In this document: piece by piece, positions 28,040 to 37,299 of the stretch
Position numbering within the stretch: the stretch's first letter is position 1
How the letters are laid out: each line of letters begins with the position of its first letter
NCBI GenBank assembly: GCA_046292385.1
Contig: JBKBRF010000016.1
Location: 66,941 to 130,940, forward strand
Source of the DNA: Armatimonadota bacterium
GTDB taxonomy: Bacteria > Armatimonadota > SYMT01
DNA length: 64,000 nucleotides
Reading direction: 5' to 3'
Notes under the pieces: generated by a model
What the model saw: the letters and a program-made list of their open reading frames with translations, nothing else
Database searches by the model: none
Told to the model about the DNA's origin: nothing
Position numbers and translations under genes: made by a program

Positions 28040-28903
28040 ATGGCATATACAGTCCGGCAGGTGGCGGCAATGTCGGGCGTCAGCGTGCGCACGCTTCATT
28101 TCTACGATGAAACGGGCCTGCTGAAGCCGGCCTACTGCGGCGACAACGGCTACCGCTACTACGAGGAGCCGCAGCTTCTGACTCTCCAGCAGATCCTCTT
28201 CTACCGGGAGCTGGGCTTCGAGCTGAAGCAGATCCGGGAAGTCCTGGAGCGGGACGACTTCGAAAAGATCAGTGCCCTCGAGTCGCACCGGAAGGTGCTT
28301 CAGCAGAGCCTCACGCGGACGCGCGAGCTGATCCAAACGATCGATCGGACCATCGATCACCTGAAAGGAGCCCACGTCATGAAGGTTGAGGAGCTATTCG
28401 CGGGGTTCAGCGTCGCCGCGGGGCAGGACCGCTTCGGCGAGCGCGTCCGTCTCGGGGAAGACGGGGAGCCGGTCGACTGCAAGGTGTCGGCGCAGGACAC
28501 CGACGGAGCGCTGTGCATTCTGGAGATGACCGCCTGCGGCGGTGGTCCTCCGCACCTGCACCACGAGCAGGATGAGTGGATCTACGTGCTCGAAGGGGTC
28601 TGTCGCTTCGAAGTCGGCGGCGAGCGTTGCTGCCTGACCGCCGGGGAGAGTATCTTCATCCCGCGCAACACGGCGCACGGCTGGGCCTCGGACGGCTGGA
28701 AGGCAGGGCAGCCGGCGCGGATCCTCAACGTCTATCAGCCAGCCGGCACGATCGAGGAGTTCTTCCGGGAAGTGGGCCGCTGCGAGGACCTCCCGACGCG
28801 AGACGACGTGCTGAACAACACCTACCGCGAGGAGCAGGTCAGCACGCTGATCCGCCTGTTCGAGACCCACGGAATGAAAGTGCTCCCCCCCACTCTCGAG
28901 TAG
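28040..28903 (+). CDS. MerR-family regulator (TipA/Mta-like N-terminus) fused to a cupin domain
   Basis: YTVRQVAAMSGVSVRTLHFYDETGLLKP...LQQILFYRELGF. Cupin GPPHLHHEQDEWIYVLEG...FIPRNTAH. Confidence 0.9.
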   Translation: MAYTVRQVAAMSGVSVRTLHFYDETGLLKPAYCGDNGYRYYEEPQLLTLQQILFYRELGFELKQIREVLERDDFEKISALESHRKVLQQSLTRTRELIQTIDRTIDHLKGAHVMKVEELFAGFSVAAGQDRFGERVRLGEDGEPVDCKVSAQDTDGALCILEMTACGGGPPHLHHEQDEWIYVLEGVCRFEVGGERCCLTAGESIFIPRNTAHGWASDGWKAGQPARILNVYQPAGTIEEFFREVGRCEDLPTRDDVLNNTYREEQVSTLIRLFETHGMKVLPPTLE

Positions 28904-28931
28904 GCGCGCCGCGCTCCGGCTCAAAAACGTG

Positions 28932-28961
28932 AAGAGGCCAGCCCGAAAGGGCTGGCCTCTT
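28932..28961 (-). terminator. Intrinsic terminator of tRNA-fMet (possibly bidirectional)
   Basis: aagaggccagccc-gaaa-gggctggcctctt, with a T-run following on the minus strand. Confidence 0.85.
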
Positions 28962-28964
28962 ACT

Positions 28965-29041
<77 letters not shown>

Positions 29042-29135
29042 TCGTCTTGCCAGCGTTCCTGCCGACGTCCATATCCTAGCAGTGCGCCCCGGCGAAGTCA
29101 AGCCTGTGCCGAAGAAAGATTTCGGGGCGGGGTTC

Positions 29136-29924
29136 TTACTCCAGCGTGTCGATGCCGCTGGGGCGCTCCCGCAGCAGCTCCCGGATGCGCCCGAGGGTTT
29201 CCGGGGGGCCGACCACCAGCGGGCGCAGGTTGAGCGGGTGGCGCAGGAAGGTGGCGAACTCCACCTCGCCTCCGTCCAGGTATTCCACCGCGCAGCCGGC
29301 CTCCAGCGCCACCCCGTAGGCGGCGCCGAGATCGTGCAGGCGGTCCCGCACGCTCACGTTGGCGCGCAGCATTCCGGCGGCGGCGTAGCAGTAGTGCGCC
29401 GCGAGCGAGCCGAAGTTCCGCTGGCGGCTGACGAAGCGGTCGAGATCGAGGATGAAGATCGCCTCGCTGCCGATCCCGATCACGTCTTCCTGCACCAGCG
29501 CCCCGGTGTCTCGCGCCTGCAGCCGCTCTCCGTTGCGGAAGGCGCCGGCGCCCCGCTCGAACCAGAAGGTCTCCTGCAGACACGGGAGGTGGAAGGCGCC
29601 GACCTGCGGCTCGCCGCCGACCGCCAGCCCGATGCTCACCCCCCAGATCGGCAGGCCGAAGACCATGTTGGTGGTGCCGTCGACCGGATCGACGATCCAG
29701 AGACGCTCCGCCGCGAGCGGGTCTCCCCCGCTCTCCTCGCCGTAGAAGGCGTCACCCGGGAAACGGGCAGAGATCTCTCGTCGGATCATCTCCTCCACCG
29801 CGCGGTCGACGTTGGTGACGATGCTCTGGTCGTCTTTCAGCTCCCGCTTCAGGCTGCGGGTGGCGGCCAGCGCCAGCGTTCCGGCGCGCTCCGCCAGGTC
29901 GCGCACGAATTCGGCATCGGTCAT
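29136..29924 (-). CDS. Inositol monophosphatase family protein
   Basis: VTNVDRAVE, GEE, WIVDPVDGTTN, HDLGAA. Confidence 0.93.
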   Translation of the reverse strand: MTDAEFVRDLAERAGTLALAATRSLKRELKDDQSIVTNVDRAVEEMIRREISARFPGDAFYGEESGGDPLAAERLWIVDPVDGTTNMVFGLPIWGVSIGLAVGGEPQVGAFHLPCLQETFWFERGAGAFRNGERLQARDTGALVQEDVIGIGSEAIFILDLDRFVSRQRNFGSLAAHYCYAAAGMLRANVSVRDRLHDLGAAYGVALEAGCAVEYLDGGEVEFATFLRHPLNLRPLVVGPPETLGRIRELLRERPSGIDTLE

Positions 29925-30034
29925 CAGTCGCCCTACTCCCGTTCTCCCACCGGCAACGACGAAACGCCGGGCGGCAGCCGCCCGGCGTCCGAGTTCATTC
30001 TATCCCGGCGTGAGCCGGGACCTGCGCCGCGCTC

Positions 30035-30232
30035 CTAGTCCGGGGCGATGGCGACCCAGCTCGACCCGTTCCAGATGTTCACCTGTCCGGTTGACGGATC
30101 GACCCACCCGTCGCCGACCGACGGGTTCTCCGGCTGGGTTCGGTTCCAGGCGAGAGCGGTCCCCTCCGGTCCCCCCTGGCACTGGTCCCATCGCCAGTTC
30201 GCTCCGCCCACCATCTGTGTGCGCTCAGCCAT
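30035..30232 (-). CDS. 65-aa Trp-rich small protein
   Basis: GGAGG RBS. PENPSVGDGWVDPSTGQVNIWNGSSWV. Confidence 0.65.
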   Translation of the reverse strand: MAERTQMVGGANWRWDQCQGGPEGTALAWNRTQPENPSVGDGWVDPSTGQVNIWNGSSWVAIAPD

Positions 30233-30334
30233 CTTTCCCCTCCACGACTATCTGATCGGACCGCCGGACGGTCCGGTTACTTCAGAACCATCGGCAAAAC
30301 TGAGGTTCCCGTTCGGAGCGGAGATTAACCCTTA

Positions 30335-30877
30335 TCATCTCGAGGTCGATCTCTGCTTCTGATGGAACGGCTCGAAGAGCTTGGTCACCGCCTGGTCGGC
30401 CTCCCGGCGGGTGAGCACGATCGAGCGCGGGTCCTGGCCCTGCCGGCCGCCGAGCAGCTGCCCTACCTGGCGGGTATGGACGAACGCCTTGCCCGTCTTC
30501 CCCAGCACGTTCACGATGATGTTGGCCTGCAGGTCGTCCGAGCTCAGCGACTTGCCGGTGTTGAGCAGCCGGGGATAGACGAAGAAGTCGACGCCCAGCT
30601 CGTCCCGCACCCGCGCCAGCTTGTCGGACGGCACCGGCTTGGAGAGATCGATGCCGGCGGCGCGGACGGCTCGGTCCACCCGTCTCGTCTCGATCACGTC
30701 GTAGCCGTGCTTCTCCAGGTTCGCCCGGATCGCCTCGGTGATCGGCGCCACGTTGCCCTTGGAGGCGTTTACTATCACCGTCGGCATTACCGCCACGGTT
30801 CGGTCAGCCGCGTAGACCGGCAGCGCCGCCGCGGCAAGCAGCCAGATCGAAACCAGAGCCTGTCGTCGCTTCATCAT
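30335..30877 (-). CDS. Exported hypothetical protein (alpha/beta, CsgG/TolB-N-like pattern)
   Basis: Signal peptide MMKRRQALVSIWLLAAAALPVYA, then TVAVMP...ITEAIRANLEKHGYDVIE. Confidence 0.7.
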   Translation of the reverse strand: MMKRRQALVSIWLLAAAALPVYAADRTVAVMPTVIVNASKGNVAPITEAIRANLEKHGYDVIETRRVDRAVRAAGIDLSKPVPSDKLARVRDELGVDFFVYPRLLNTGKSLSSDDLQANIIVNVLGKTGKAFVHTRQVGQLLGGRQGQDPRSIVLTRREADQAVTKLFEPFHQKQRSTSR

Positions 30878-31003
30878 CACTCCCTCGTCGTCTCTCCCGG
30901 TCCTCACCGCGACCCGTTTCTCCAGTGTCTCCGCGGTCGCGACCGGTTCGGTGCCGGAGCGCACCTTCCCAGGAGTGTACCCCGGTTGAGGATGTGAAAC
31001 GCC

Positions 31004-31540
31004 TCAGCCGGCTGCCACCGCGTGCCGCTCCCGCTCCAGCAGGCGGCGCTTGCGCTCCACGCCCCAGCGATATCCGGAGAGATCGCCGTCCTTCCGCACC
31101 ACGCGATGGCACGGCACCACCACCGCCACGGGGTTCGCGGCGCACGCCCGCGCCACCGCCCGCGCCGCCCGGGCCCGGCCGATGCGCCCGGCGATCTCCG
31201 CGTAGCTCGCCGTGGCGCCGGCCGGGATCTCCCGCAGCGCCGCCCAGACCGACTGCTGCAGCGGCGTGCCGCGCAGGTCGAGCTCCATACCGAGCGGGCC
31301 GGGGGGCGCTTCGATCCAGGCGAGCAGCTCCCGGAGGCGGGGAGCCAGCTCTTCGCCGGCCGCGCGCAGCTCCACGCCGGGGAAGCGGCGCTCCAGCTCG
31401 CTCCGCAGCGCGCCCGGATCGTCGCCGAGCTGGACCGCGTAGAGCCCGCGATCGCTCCACGCCGCCAGCACGACCCCGAGTGAGGACTCGCCGACCGCGA
31501 CGCGGAGGGTCGTGGCGAACCGGTGACTGGTGGTGCGCAT
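31004..31540 (-). CDS. ogt: Methylated-DNA-protein-cysteine S-methyltransferase (Ada C-terminal/Ogt type)
   Basis: GTPLQQSVW, IPAG...SY, ARAVARACAANP, VPCHRVV active site. Confidence 0.93.
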   Translation of the reverse strand: MRTTSHRFATTLRVAVGESSLGVVLAAWSDRGLYAVQLGDDPGALRSELERRFPGVELRAAGEELAPRLRELLAWIEAPPGPLGMELDLRGTPLQQSVWAALREIPAGATASYAEIAGRIGRARAARAVARACAANPVAVVVPCHRVVRKDGDLSGYRWGVERKRRLLERERHAVAAG

Positions 31541-31605
31541 CTGCATCTCCTTCCAAGTAGCAGCGCTCGATCGACTGCGCCTACCATAGCCGGTCTTCAC
31601 GGTGC

Positions 31606-31710
31606 GGACTCGCCGTTTTCGGACACCCATGTGAATCAGTCTTCGGGTGAGAGGGAGACGGAGCTCGGCGCAGAGCCGGGCTCGTTTGGGTGTCCGAAAA
31701 CGGCGAGTCC
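31606..31710. promoter_or_regulatory. Paired 24-bp operators (putative Ada boxes) of the divergent ogt and adaA-alkA promoters
   Basis: ggactcgccgttttcggacaccca (31606-31629) and its perfect reverse complement (31687-31710). Each lies 17 nt from a -10-like hexamer. Confidence 0.75.
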
Positions 31711-31739
31711 CGGCCGCCGTGTGTCGTTACAATACCGGC

Positions 31740-33206
31740 ATGCAGCACGAGAGCACCGCCCTCTACCAGGCCCTGGCCTCCCGCGATCCGCGCTTCGACG
31801 GCGTCTTTTTCGTCGGGGTGCTTTCGACCGGCATCTACTGCCGCCCGGTCTGCACCGCGCGCACGCCGCGGGCGGAGAGCTGCCGCTTCTTCACCAGCGC
31901 GCAGGCGGCGGAAAAGGAGTTCTTCCGCCCCTGTCTCCGCTGCCGCCCGGAGCTGGCCCCCGGCAGCGCGCCGGTCGACAGCGCGCACCGGATCGCCGCC
32001 GGGCTCGCGCACCGCCTGGGGGAGCCACTCCCGGAAGGAGAGGGCGGGCTGGAAGAGGTGGCCGCGCAGTTCGGGCTCAGCGCGCGGCAGGTCCGTCGGA
32101 TCATCCAGCGCGAGTTTGGCGTCTCCCCCATCGAGCTGCTGCAGAGCCGCCGGCTGCTGCTGGCGAAGCAGCTGCTCACGGAGACCGACCTGCCGGTGAC
32201 CGAGGTCGCCTTCGCCAGCGGGTTTGCCAGCGTCCGGCGCTTCAACGCGGCCTTTAGCGCCCGCTACCGGATGTCCCCCACTCGTCTCCGCCGGGAAGCG
32301 GCCGGCGCGGGCGCGCGCGAGTCGACGCAGGAGACGCTGACCCTGCGAATGGGCTATCGCCCGCCGTTCGATTGGGGCTCGCTGCTCCGCTTCCTCGACG
32401 CGCACGTCCTCCTCGGTGTCGAGGTCGTCGAGGGCGACAGCTACCTGCGGACGGTCCGCCTGGGGGCGCACCGGGGATGGGTCCGCGTGCGCAACGCGCC
32501 GGAGCGCCGCTCGCTGCAGGTAGAGCTGAGCGCCTCGCTCGTGCCGGCGATCCCCGCGCTGCTGGAGCGGCTGCGGCACCTCTTCGATCTCTGCGCCCGC
32601 CCGGACCTGATCCACGCGCACCTCGGCGGCGACCCGCGGCTCGCCGGCAGCCTCGACCGCCGTCCCGGCCTGCGCGTCCCCGGCGCCTTCGACGGCTTCG
32701 AGCTGGCGGCGCGCACCGTCCTGGGTCAACAGGTCTCCGTCCGCGCGGCGACCACCGTCGCGGGACGCTTCGCCGCCGCCTTCGGCGAGCCGGTCGAGAC
32801 GCCCCACCCCGCCCTCACCCGCCTGAGCCCCACGCCGGAGCGGCTCGCGCGGGCGACCGTCGACGAGATCGCCTCCCTCGGCATCATCCGGGCGCGCGCC
32901 ACCTCCATCCTCGCCCTCGCCGCCGAGGTGCAGGCGGGACGCCTGAGGCTCGATGCCGGCGCGCCGGTCGAGGCGACCGTCCGCCAGCTGAAGGCGCTCC
33001 CCGGCATCGGCGACTGGACCGCGCAGTACGTCGCCCTCCGCGCCCTGCGCTGGCCCGACGCCTTTCCCGGCAGCGACCTGGTGATCCGGCGCCAACTGGG
33101 GAACGTCACCGCCGCGCACGCGGAAGCCCTCTCGCAGCCCTGGAGCCCCTGGCGCGGCTACGCGGCGCTCCACCTGTGGGAGAGCTCAGCAGACCCTCGC
33201 GAGTAG
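31740..33206 (+). CDS. alkA: AdaA-AlkA fusion (Ada Zn-binding + AraC HTH + AlkA_N + HhH-GPD glycosylase)
   Basis: RDPRFDG, STGIYCRPVC, RPCLRCRP, GFASVRRFN, LGQQVS, LPGIGDWTA, DAFPGSDL. Confidence 0.94.
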   Translation: MQHESTALYQALASRDPRFDGVFFVGVLSTGIYCRPVCTARTPRAESCRFFTSAQAAEKEFFRPCLRCRPELAPGSAPVDSAHRIAAGLAHRLGEPLPEGEGGLEEVAAQFGLSARQVRRIIQREFGVSPIELLQSRRLLLAKQLLTETDLPVTEVAFASGFASVRRFNAAFSARYRMSPTRLRREAAGAGARESTQETLTLRMGYRPPFDWGSLLRFLDAHVLLGVEVVEGDSYLRTVRLGAHRGWVRVRNAPERRSLQVELSASLVPAIPALLERLRHLFDLCARPDLIHAHLGGDPRLAGSLDRRPGLRVPGAFDGFELAARTVLGQQVSVRAATTVAGRFAAAFGEPVETPHPALTRLSPTPERLARATVDEIASLGIIRARATSILALAAEVQAGRLRLDAGAPVEATVRQLKALPGIGDWTAQYVALRALRWPDAFPGSDLVIRRQLGNVTAAHAEALSQPWSPWRGYAALHLWESSADPRE

Positions 33207-33261
33207 GCTCCCCACGCGCCAGAGTGGCTGATGCGCACGCGAGAGGGTGCGTTCTGGCGCG

Positions 33262-33380
33262 CCCTATCCCCAACCCTCCCCCGCTCGGGGACAAGCCTTC
33301 CCTGAAGTAGAAGGGGGGGCAGGCCAGCTTACCACCGTTAGCTTCCCTCTCCTCGCAGGAGAGGGACCGAGGGTGAGGCC
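33262..33380. repeat. REP-like element, CCCTCACCC/CCCTCTCC...GGAGAGGG family, copy 1
   Basis: The reverse complement of 33311-33380 closely matches 63803-63872. Confidence 0.8.
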
Positions 33381-33431
33381 GCGTAAGTAGATCCTGGAAG
33401 CCGCGCACCTCCAGCCCCGGAGAGGTCCTCG

Positions 33432-33758
33432 ATGAGAGCCCGGATCATGTATGTCGAATACAAGGGTCACGAGATCGTTGGCCCCGGGTGCATCACTCGC
33501 ATTCAGTACTCCAAGAGCGGCAGCTCCATCTACTTCCGCGGAAAGCGCCTGCAGACCCTGAGCGGCACCGGCGTTCACAAGTCGAATTACATCGACGTGG
33601 AGACAGGAGAGGAGTACTGGGTCTCCGGCCCGCGGCGTGACGGCAAGGACCGCCTCTACGGGGGTGTGGTCGAGATCGATGACGACGTGCGGGAAGAGTA
33701 CTGGACCGAGATCCGCCGCCAGCCCGACAAGAAGCACCTGAAGCAGTACCGCGCGTGA
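33432..33758 (+). CDS. Conserved-looking hypothetical protein
   Basis: GAGG RBS. IMYVEYK, SKSGSSIY, NYIDVETGEEYWVSGPRRDGKDRLY, YWTEIR. Confidence 0.8.
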   Translation: MRARIMYVEYKGHEIVGPGCITRIQYSKSGSSIYFRGKRLQTLSGTGVHKSNYIDVETGEEYWVSGPRRDGKDRLYGGVVEIDDDVREEYWTEIRRQPDKKHLKQYRA

Positions 33759-33998
33759 GCGGTAGCTCGACACCAGCGAGCTCCCGATCGACCCTGCCTA
33801 CCGTCCGGTACGCCCTTCGAGGCCTCGCGATTTGGGGCGTCCGGAGGACGCTTGGCCGCAGGCCGTCCAGCGAGGTATTTTAATGCCTCGCGGGCCCACG
33901 ACCGAGAAGCCGCTCCACCGTCGGGATGGAGAGGGACCGACGGTGCGCCCGCGGAAACAATCCCGACTGCCCCCTTCGCACGTTCTCCTCACCCCGAT

Positions 33999-35147
33999 AT
34001 GAAGATCACCGCTATCGAGACCTTCCTCTACTCCACCGGCGCGGTGGTGCATGCCGGGCGGATTGCCTGGCTCTGGGTGCGGATCCATACCGACGAGGGG
34101 GTGGTCGGCCTGGGGGAGACGTTCCCGAGCGGGGAGTCGGAGCGGGCGGTGGTGGAGAAGCACCTCTCCCGCGTGCTGCTGGGGCAGGACCCGCGCGACA
34201 TCGAGCGGCTCTGGCAGGAGATGTTCCTGGCGGTCTCGTTCCCCGGCTGGGCGGGTGCGGAGATGCGGGCGATCTCGGCGGTCGACATCGCCCTCTGGGA
34301 CCTCGCCGGCAAGCTGCGAGGGGAGCCGGTCTGGCGGCTGCTCGGCGGGCGGTGCCGGGAGCGGATCCGGACCTACAACACCTGCTACGACCACGTCCAC
34401 GACTTCAACACAAACGCGGGAGAGCTGGCAAAGGAGCTGCTGGCGAGCGGCATCTCCGCGATGAAGATCTGGCCGTTCGACCGCGCCGCGCTGCGCAACC
34501 GGGGGCAGTATCTCACGCGGGACGACCTGGAAGAGGGGCTCGCGCCGGTGCGGCAGATCCACGACGCGGTGGGCGACCGGATGGAGATCGCGATGGAGTT
34601 CCACGGCTACTGGAATCTGCCGTCCGCCGTCAAGATCGCCCGCGCGCTGGAGCCCTACCACATCCTCTGGCTGGAGGAGATGCTGCCGCAGGACAACGCG
34701 GAGTCCTACCGTCGCCTCGCGGGGCTGGTCCGCCAGCCGCTCTGCCTTTCGGAGCGCCTGATGACGCGCTTCCAGTTCCGGGAGATCGTGGAGAACGGCG
34801 CCGCGCAGTTCATCATGCCGGACGTCGCCTGGTGCGGCGGCATCACGGAGATGCGGAAGATCGCCACGATGGCGGACACCTACTACCTCCCGATCTGCCC
34901 CCACAACTGCGGCGGCCCGATCCAGCACGCCGCCTCCATCCACCTCGCCGCGTACGTGCCGAACCTCTTCATCCTGGAGAGCGTGCGGCGCCACTACCTG
35001 CGGGAGTACCAGGGCCTCGTCACCACCACCATGCCGGCGGAAGACGGCTGGCTCCCCGTACCGGGAACTCCCGGCCTCGGCATGGAGCTCGACCCGAGCG
35101 TGTGGGAGCGAGACGACGTGGAGGTACGGCGGCTGGAAGCGCAGTAG
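33999..35147 (+). CDS. Mandelate racemase/muconate lactonizing enzyme family (sugar-acid dehydratase-like)
   Basis: MKITAIET, SAVDIALWDLAGK, AMKIW, WLEE, SER, GGITE, PHNC. Confidence 0.92.
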   Translation: MKITAIETFLYSTGAVVHAGRIAWLWVRIHTDEGVVGLGETFPSGESERAVVEKHLSRVLLGQDPRDIERLWQEMFLAVSFPGWAGAEMRAISAVDIALWDLAGKLRGEPVWRLLGGRCRERIRTYNTCYDHVHDFNTNAGELAKELLASGISAMKIWPFDRAALRNRGQYLTRDDLEEGLAPVRQIHDAVGDRMEIAMEFHGYWNLPSAVKIARALEPYHILWLEEMLPQDNAESYRRLAGLVRQPLCLSERLMTRFQFREIVENGAAQFIMPDVAWCGGITEMRKIATMADTYYLPICPHNCGGPIQHAASIHLAAYVPNLFILESVRRHYLREYQGLVTTTMPAEDGWLPVPGTPGLGMELDPSVWERDDVEVRRLEAQ

Positions 35148-35160
35148 CGCTTTCACGAGG

Positions 35161-35391
35161 GGATAGGGTTTAGGGTCTAGGGTGTCGGAGCCCGACCACG
35201 GCACCGTCGAACGCGGGTTGGGAGCGGGGCGAGTACGTGCCACTTCTGACCGGAAGGTTAGAAGGCGTCGCCTACACGTCCGAAACGAGCCCCGCACCGC
35301 TGGTATACGCTCTTGAAGCCACGCGGTCATCAGACCAACCCCACGGTTCCTGGCCCCCTTTTGCCTTTTGCCTTTAGACTTTTGCCTTTCC
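35161..35391. repeat. Heptamer tracts (TAGGGTY)n and (TTTTGCC)n around a folded intergenic core
   Basis: tagggtttagggtctagggtg at 35164-35184, cttttgccttttgcctttagacttttgcctttc at 35358-35390, internal hairpin ttctgacc-ggaa-ggttagaa. Confidence 0.6.
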
Positions 35392-35411
35392 CGTGGTATC
35401 CTGCCTCTGCG

Positions 35412-37178
35412 ATGAAGAGCTTACGAGAAGAGGTGGAATCGGCCGTTCGGCAGGGGCTGACGGCGCTGCTGGGTCCCGAGGGGGCCGAGCTGGACCCGGT
35501 CGTGCGGCCCACGCAGGACCCGCGCTTCGGCGACTTCCAGTCGAACGTGGCGATGGGGCTCGCGAAGCGCATGGGGAAGAAGCCGCGGGAGATCGCGGAG
35601 GAGCTGGTGCGCGCGCTCGACGTGGAGGCGCTCTGCGGCACTCCGGAGATCGCGGGCCCGGGGTTCATCAACTTCCGCGTCCGTCCGGAGTTCCTGGCCG
35701 CGCGCCTGCGGACGATCCAGGCCGATCCGCGTCTCGGCATTCCGCCGGTGGAGCAGCCGCAGCGGGCGATCGTCGACTTCTCCAGCCCGAACCTTGCCAA
35801 GGAGATGCACATCGGGCACCTCCGCACCACGGTGATCGGCGACACCATCGCGCGCCTGCTCGAGTTCCTGGGGCACGACGTCCTGCGGCTGAACCACGTC
35901 GGCGACTGGGGCACGCAGTTCGGCATGCTGCTGCAGTACGTGCGGGAGACGCATCCGGAGGTGCTGGAGAACCCGGAAGGGTTCCAGGTGGACGACCTGG
36001 AGGTCTTCTACCGGGCCGCCAAGGCGCGCTTCGACGCCGACCCCGCCTTCGCGGACGCCGCGCGCGGGGCCGTCGTGGAGCTGCAGTCCGGCGAGGCGGT
36101 GGCGCGGAAGCTGTGGCGGGCGTTCTGCGACGAGTCGCTGCGCCACGCCCACGAGATCTACGACCTCCTCGGCGTGCGGATCCTCGACCGCGGCGAGAGC
36201 TTCTACAACGACATGCTGCCGGAAGTGGTCCGGGAGCTGGAAGAGAAGGGCCTGGCCGAAGAGAACCAGGGCGCCGTCTGCGTCTTCCTGGAAGGCTGGA
36301 AGAACAAAGAAGGCGAGCCGCTCGGCACGATCATCCGGAAGAGCGACGGCGGCTACATGTATGCCACCACCGACCTCGCCGGCATCAAGCAGCGCGTCTC
36401 CGAGGAGCGGGCCGACCGCATCATCTACGTCACCGACGTCCGCCAGGGCGACCACTTCAAGCAGGTCTTCCAGATCGCCCGCCGCGCCGGCTGGGCGCCG
36501 GAGAGCGTGGCGCTGGAGCACGTCGGCTACGGCATGATCCTCGGCGCGGACCGCAAGCCGTTCAAGACCCGCAGCGGCGACACCGTGAAGCTGCGGGACG
36601 TGATCGAGGAAGCGATCCAGCGGGTCGCGGCGGTGATCGAGAACGACCCCGAGCGGCGGGAAGGCCTCTCGACCGAGCAGCGAGAGCTGATCTCGCGGGT
36701 GGTCGGCATCGGCGCCATCAAGTACGCCGACCTGAGCCACAACCCGTCGAACGATTACGTCTTCGACTGGGACGTGATGCTCGCGCTCGAGGGGAATGCG
36801 GGTCCCTACATGCAGTTCGCCTACGTGCGGATCCGCGGCATCGGCCGAAAGGCCGGGGTCGCGTTCGAAGAACTGCCGGCGGACGCGCCGGTGATCGTGG
36901 AGCACGAGACCGAGATCGAGCTGGCGAAGCGGCTGCTGGAGTTCTCCGGCGTGGTACGGCAGGCGGCCGAGGAGCTGAAGCCGATCCTGCTCACCGACTA
37001 CCTCTACTCCCTGAGCCGCGCCTTCAGCGCCTTCTACGATCGGGTCCACGGCGTCCGGGTGATCGACGCGGAGACGGAAGAGCTGCGCCTCAGCCGCCTC
37101 CGCCTCTGCGATCTCACCGCCCGCACGCTGCAGGCCGGTCTGGGACTGCTCGGGATCGGCGTGCTGGAGCAGATGTAG
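35412..37178 (+). CDS. argS: Arginine--tRNA ligase
   Basis: FGDFQSN, AGPGFINF, SSPNLAKEMHIGH, GDWGTQFG, FKTRSG, IKYADLS, PYMQFAYVR. Confidence 0.98.
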   Translation: MKSLREEVESAVRQGLTALLGPEGAELDPVVRPTQDPRFGDFQSNVAMGLAKRMGKKPREIAEELVRALDVEALCGTPEIAGPGFINFRVRPEFLAARLRTIQADPRLGIPPVEQPQRAIVDFSSPNLAKEMHIGHLRTTVIGDTIARLLEFLGHDVLRLNHVGDWGTQFGMLLQYVRETHPEVLENPEGFQVDDLEVFYRAAKARFDADPAFADAARGAVVELQSGEAVARKLWRAFCDESLRHAHEIYDLLGVRILDRGESFYNDMLPEVVRELEEKGLAEENQGAVCVFLEGWKNKEGEPLGTIIRKSDGGYMYATTDLAGIKQRVSEERADRIIYVTDVRQGDHFKQVFQIARRAGWAPESVALEHVGYGMILGADRKPFKTRSGDTVKLRDVIEEAIQRVAAVIENDPERREGLSTEQRELISRVVGIGAIKYADLSHNPSNDYVFDWDVMLALEGNAGPYMQFAYVRIRGIGRKAGVAFEELPADAPVIVEHETEIELAKRLLEFSGVVRQAAEELKPILLTDYLYSLSRAFSAFYDRVHGVRVIDAETEELRLSRLRLCDLTARTLQAGLGLLGIGVLEQM

Positions 37179-37185
37179 CTCCTCG

Positions 37186-37279
37186 GGTTTGCAGGTTGCA
37201 GGTTACAGGTTTGCAGGTTCTGCACCAGCGAAGGCGGTTCGGACAACTTGCAACCTGCTAGCTTGCCAACCTGCAACCT
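37186..37279. repeat. (GCAGGTT)n ... (AACCTGC)n inverted element
   Basis: ggtttgcaggttgcaggttacaggtttgcaggtt / caacttgcaacctgctagcttgccaacctgcaacct, 7 nt after the argS stop. Confidence 0.85.
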
Positions 37280-37299
37280 CCCACGACAGGAGGTTCCGG

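Noticed and set aside
35150..35411. T-box riboswitch upstream of argS
   Set aside because: No GGTGGNACCGCG T-box, specifier-loop motifs or terminator are visible. A -10-like TGgTATCCT sits only 9 nt before the ATG, leaving no room for a leader.
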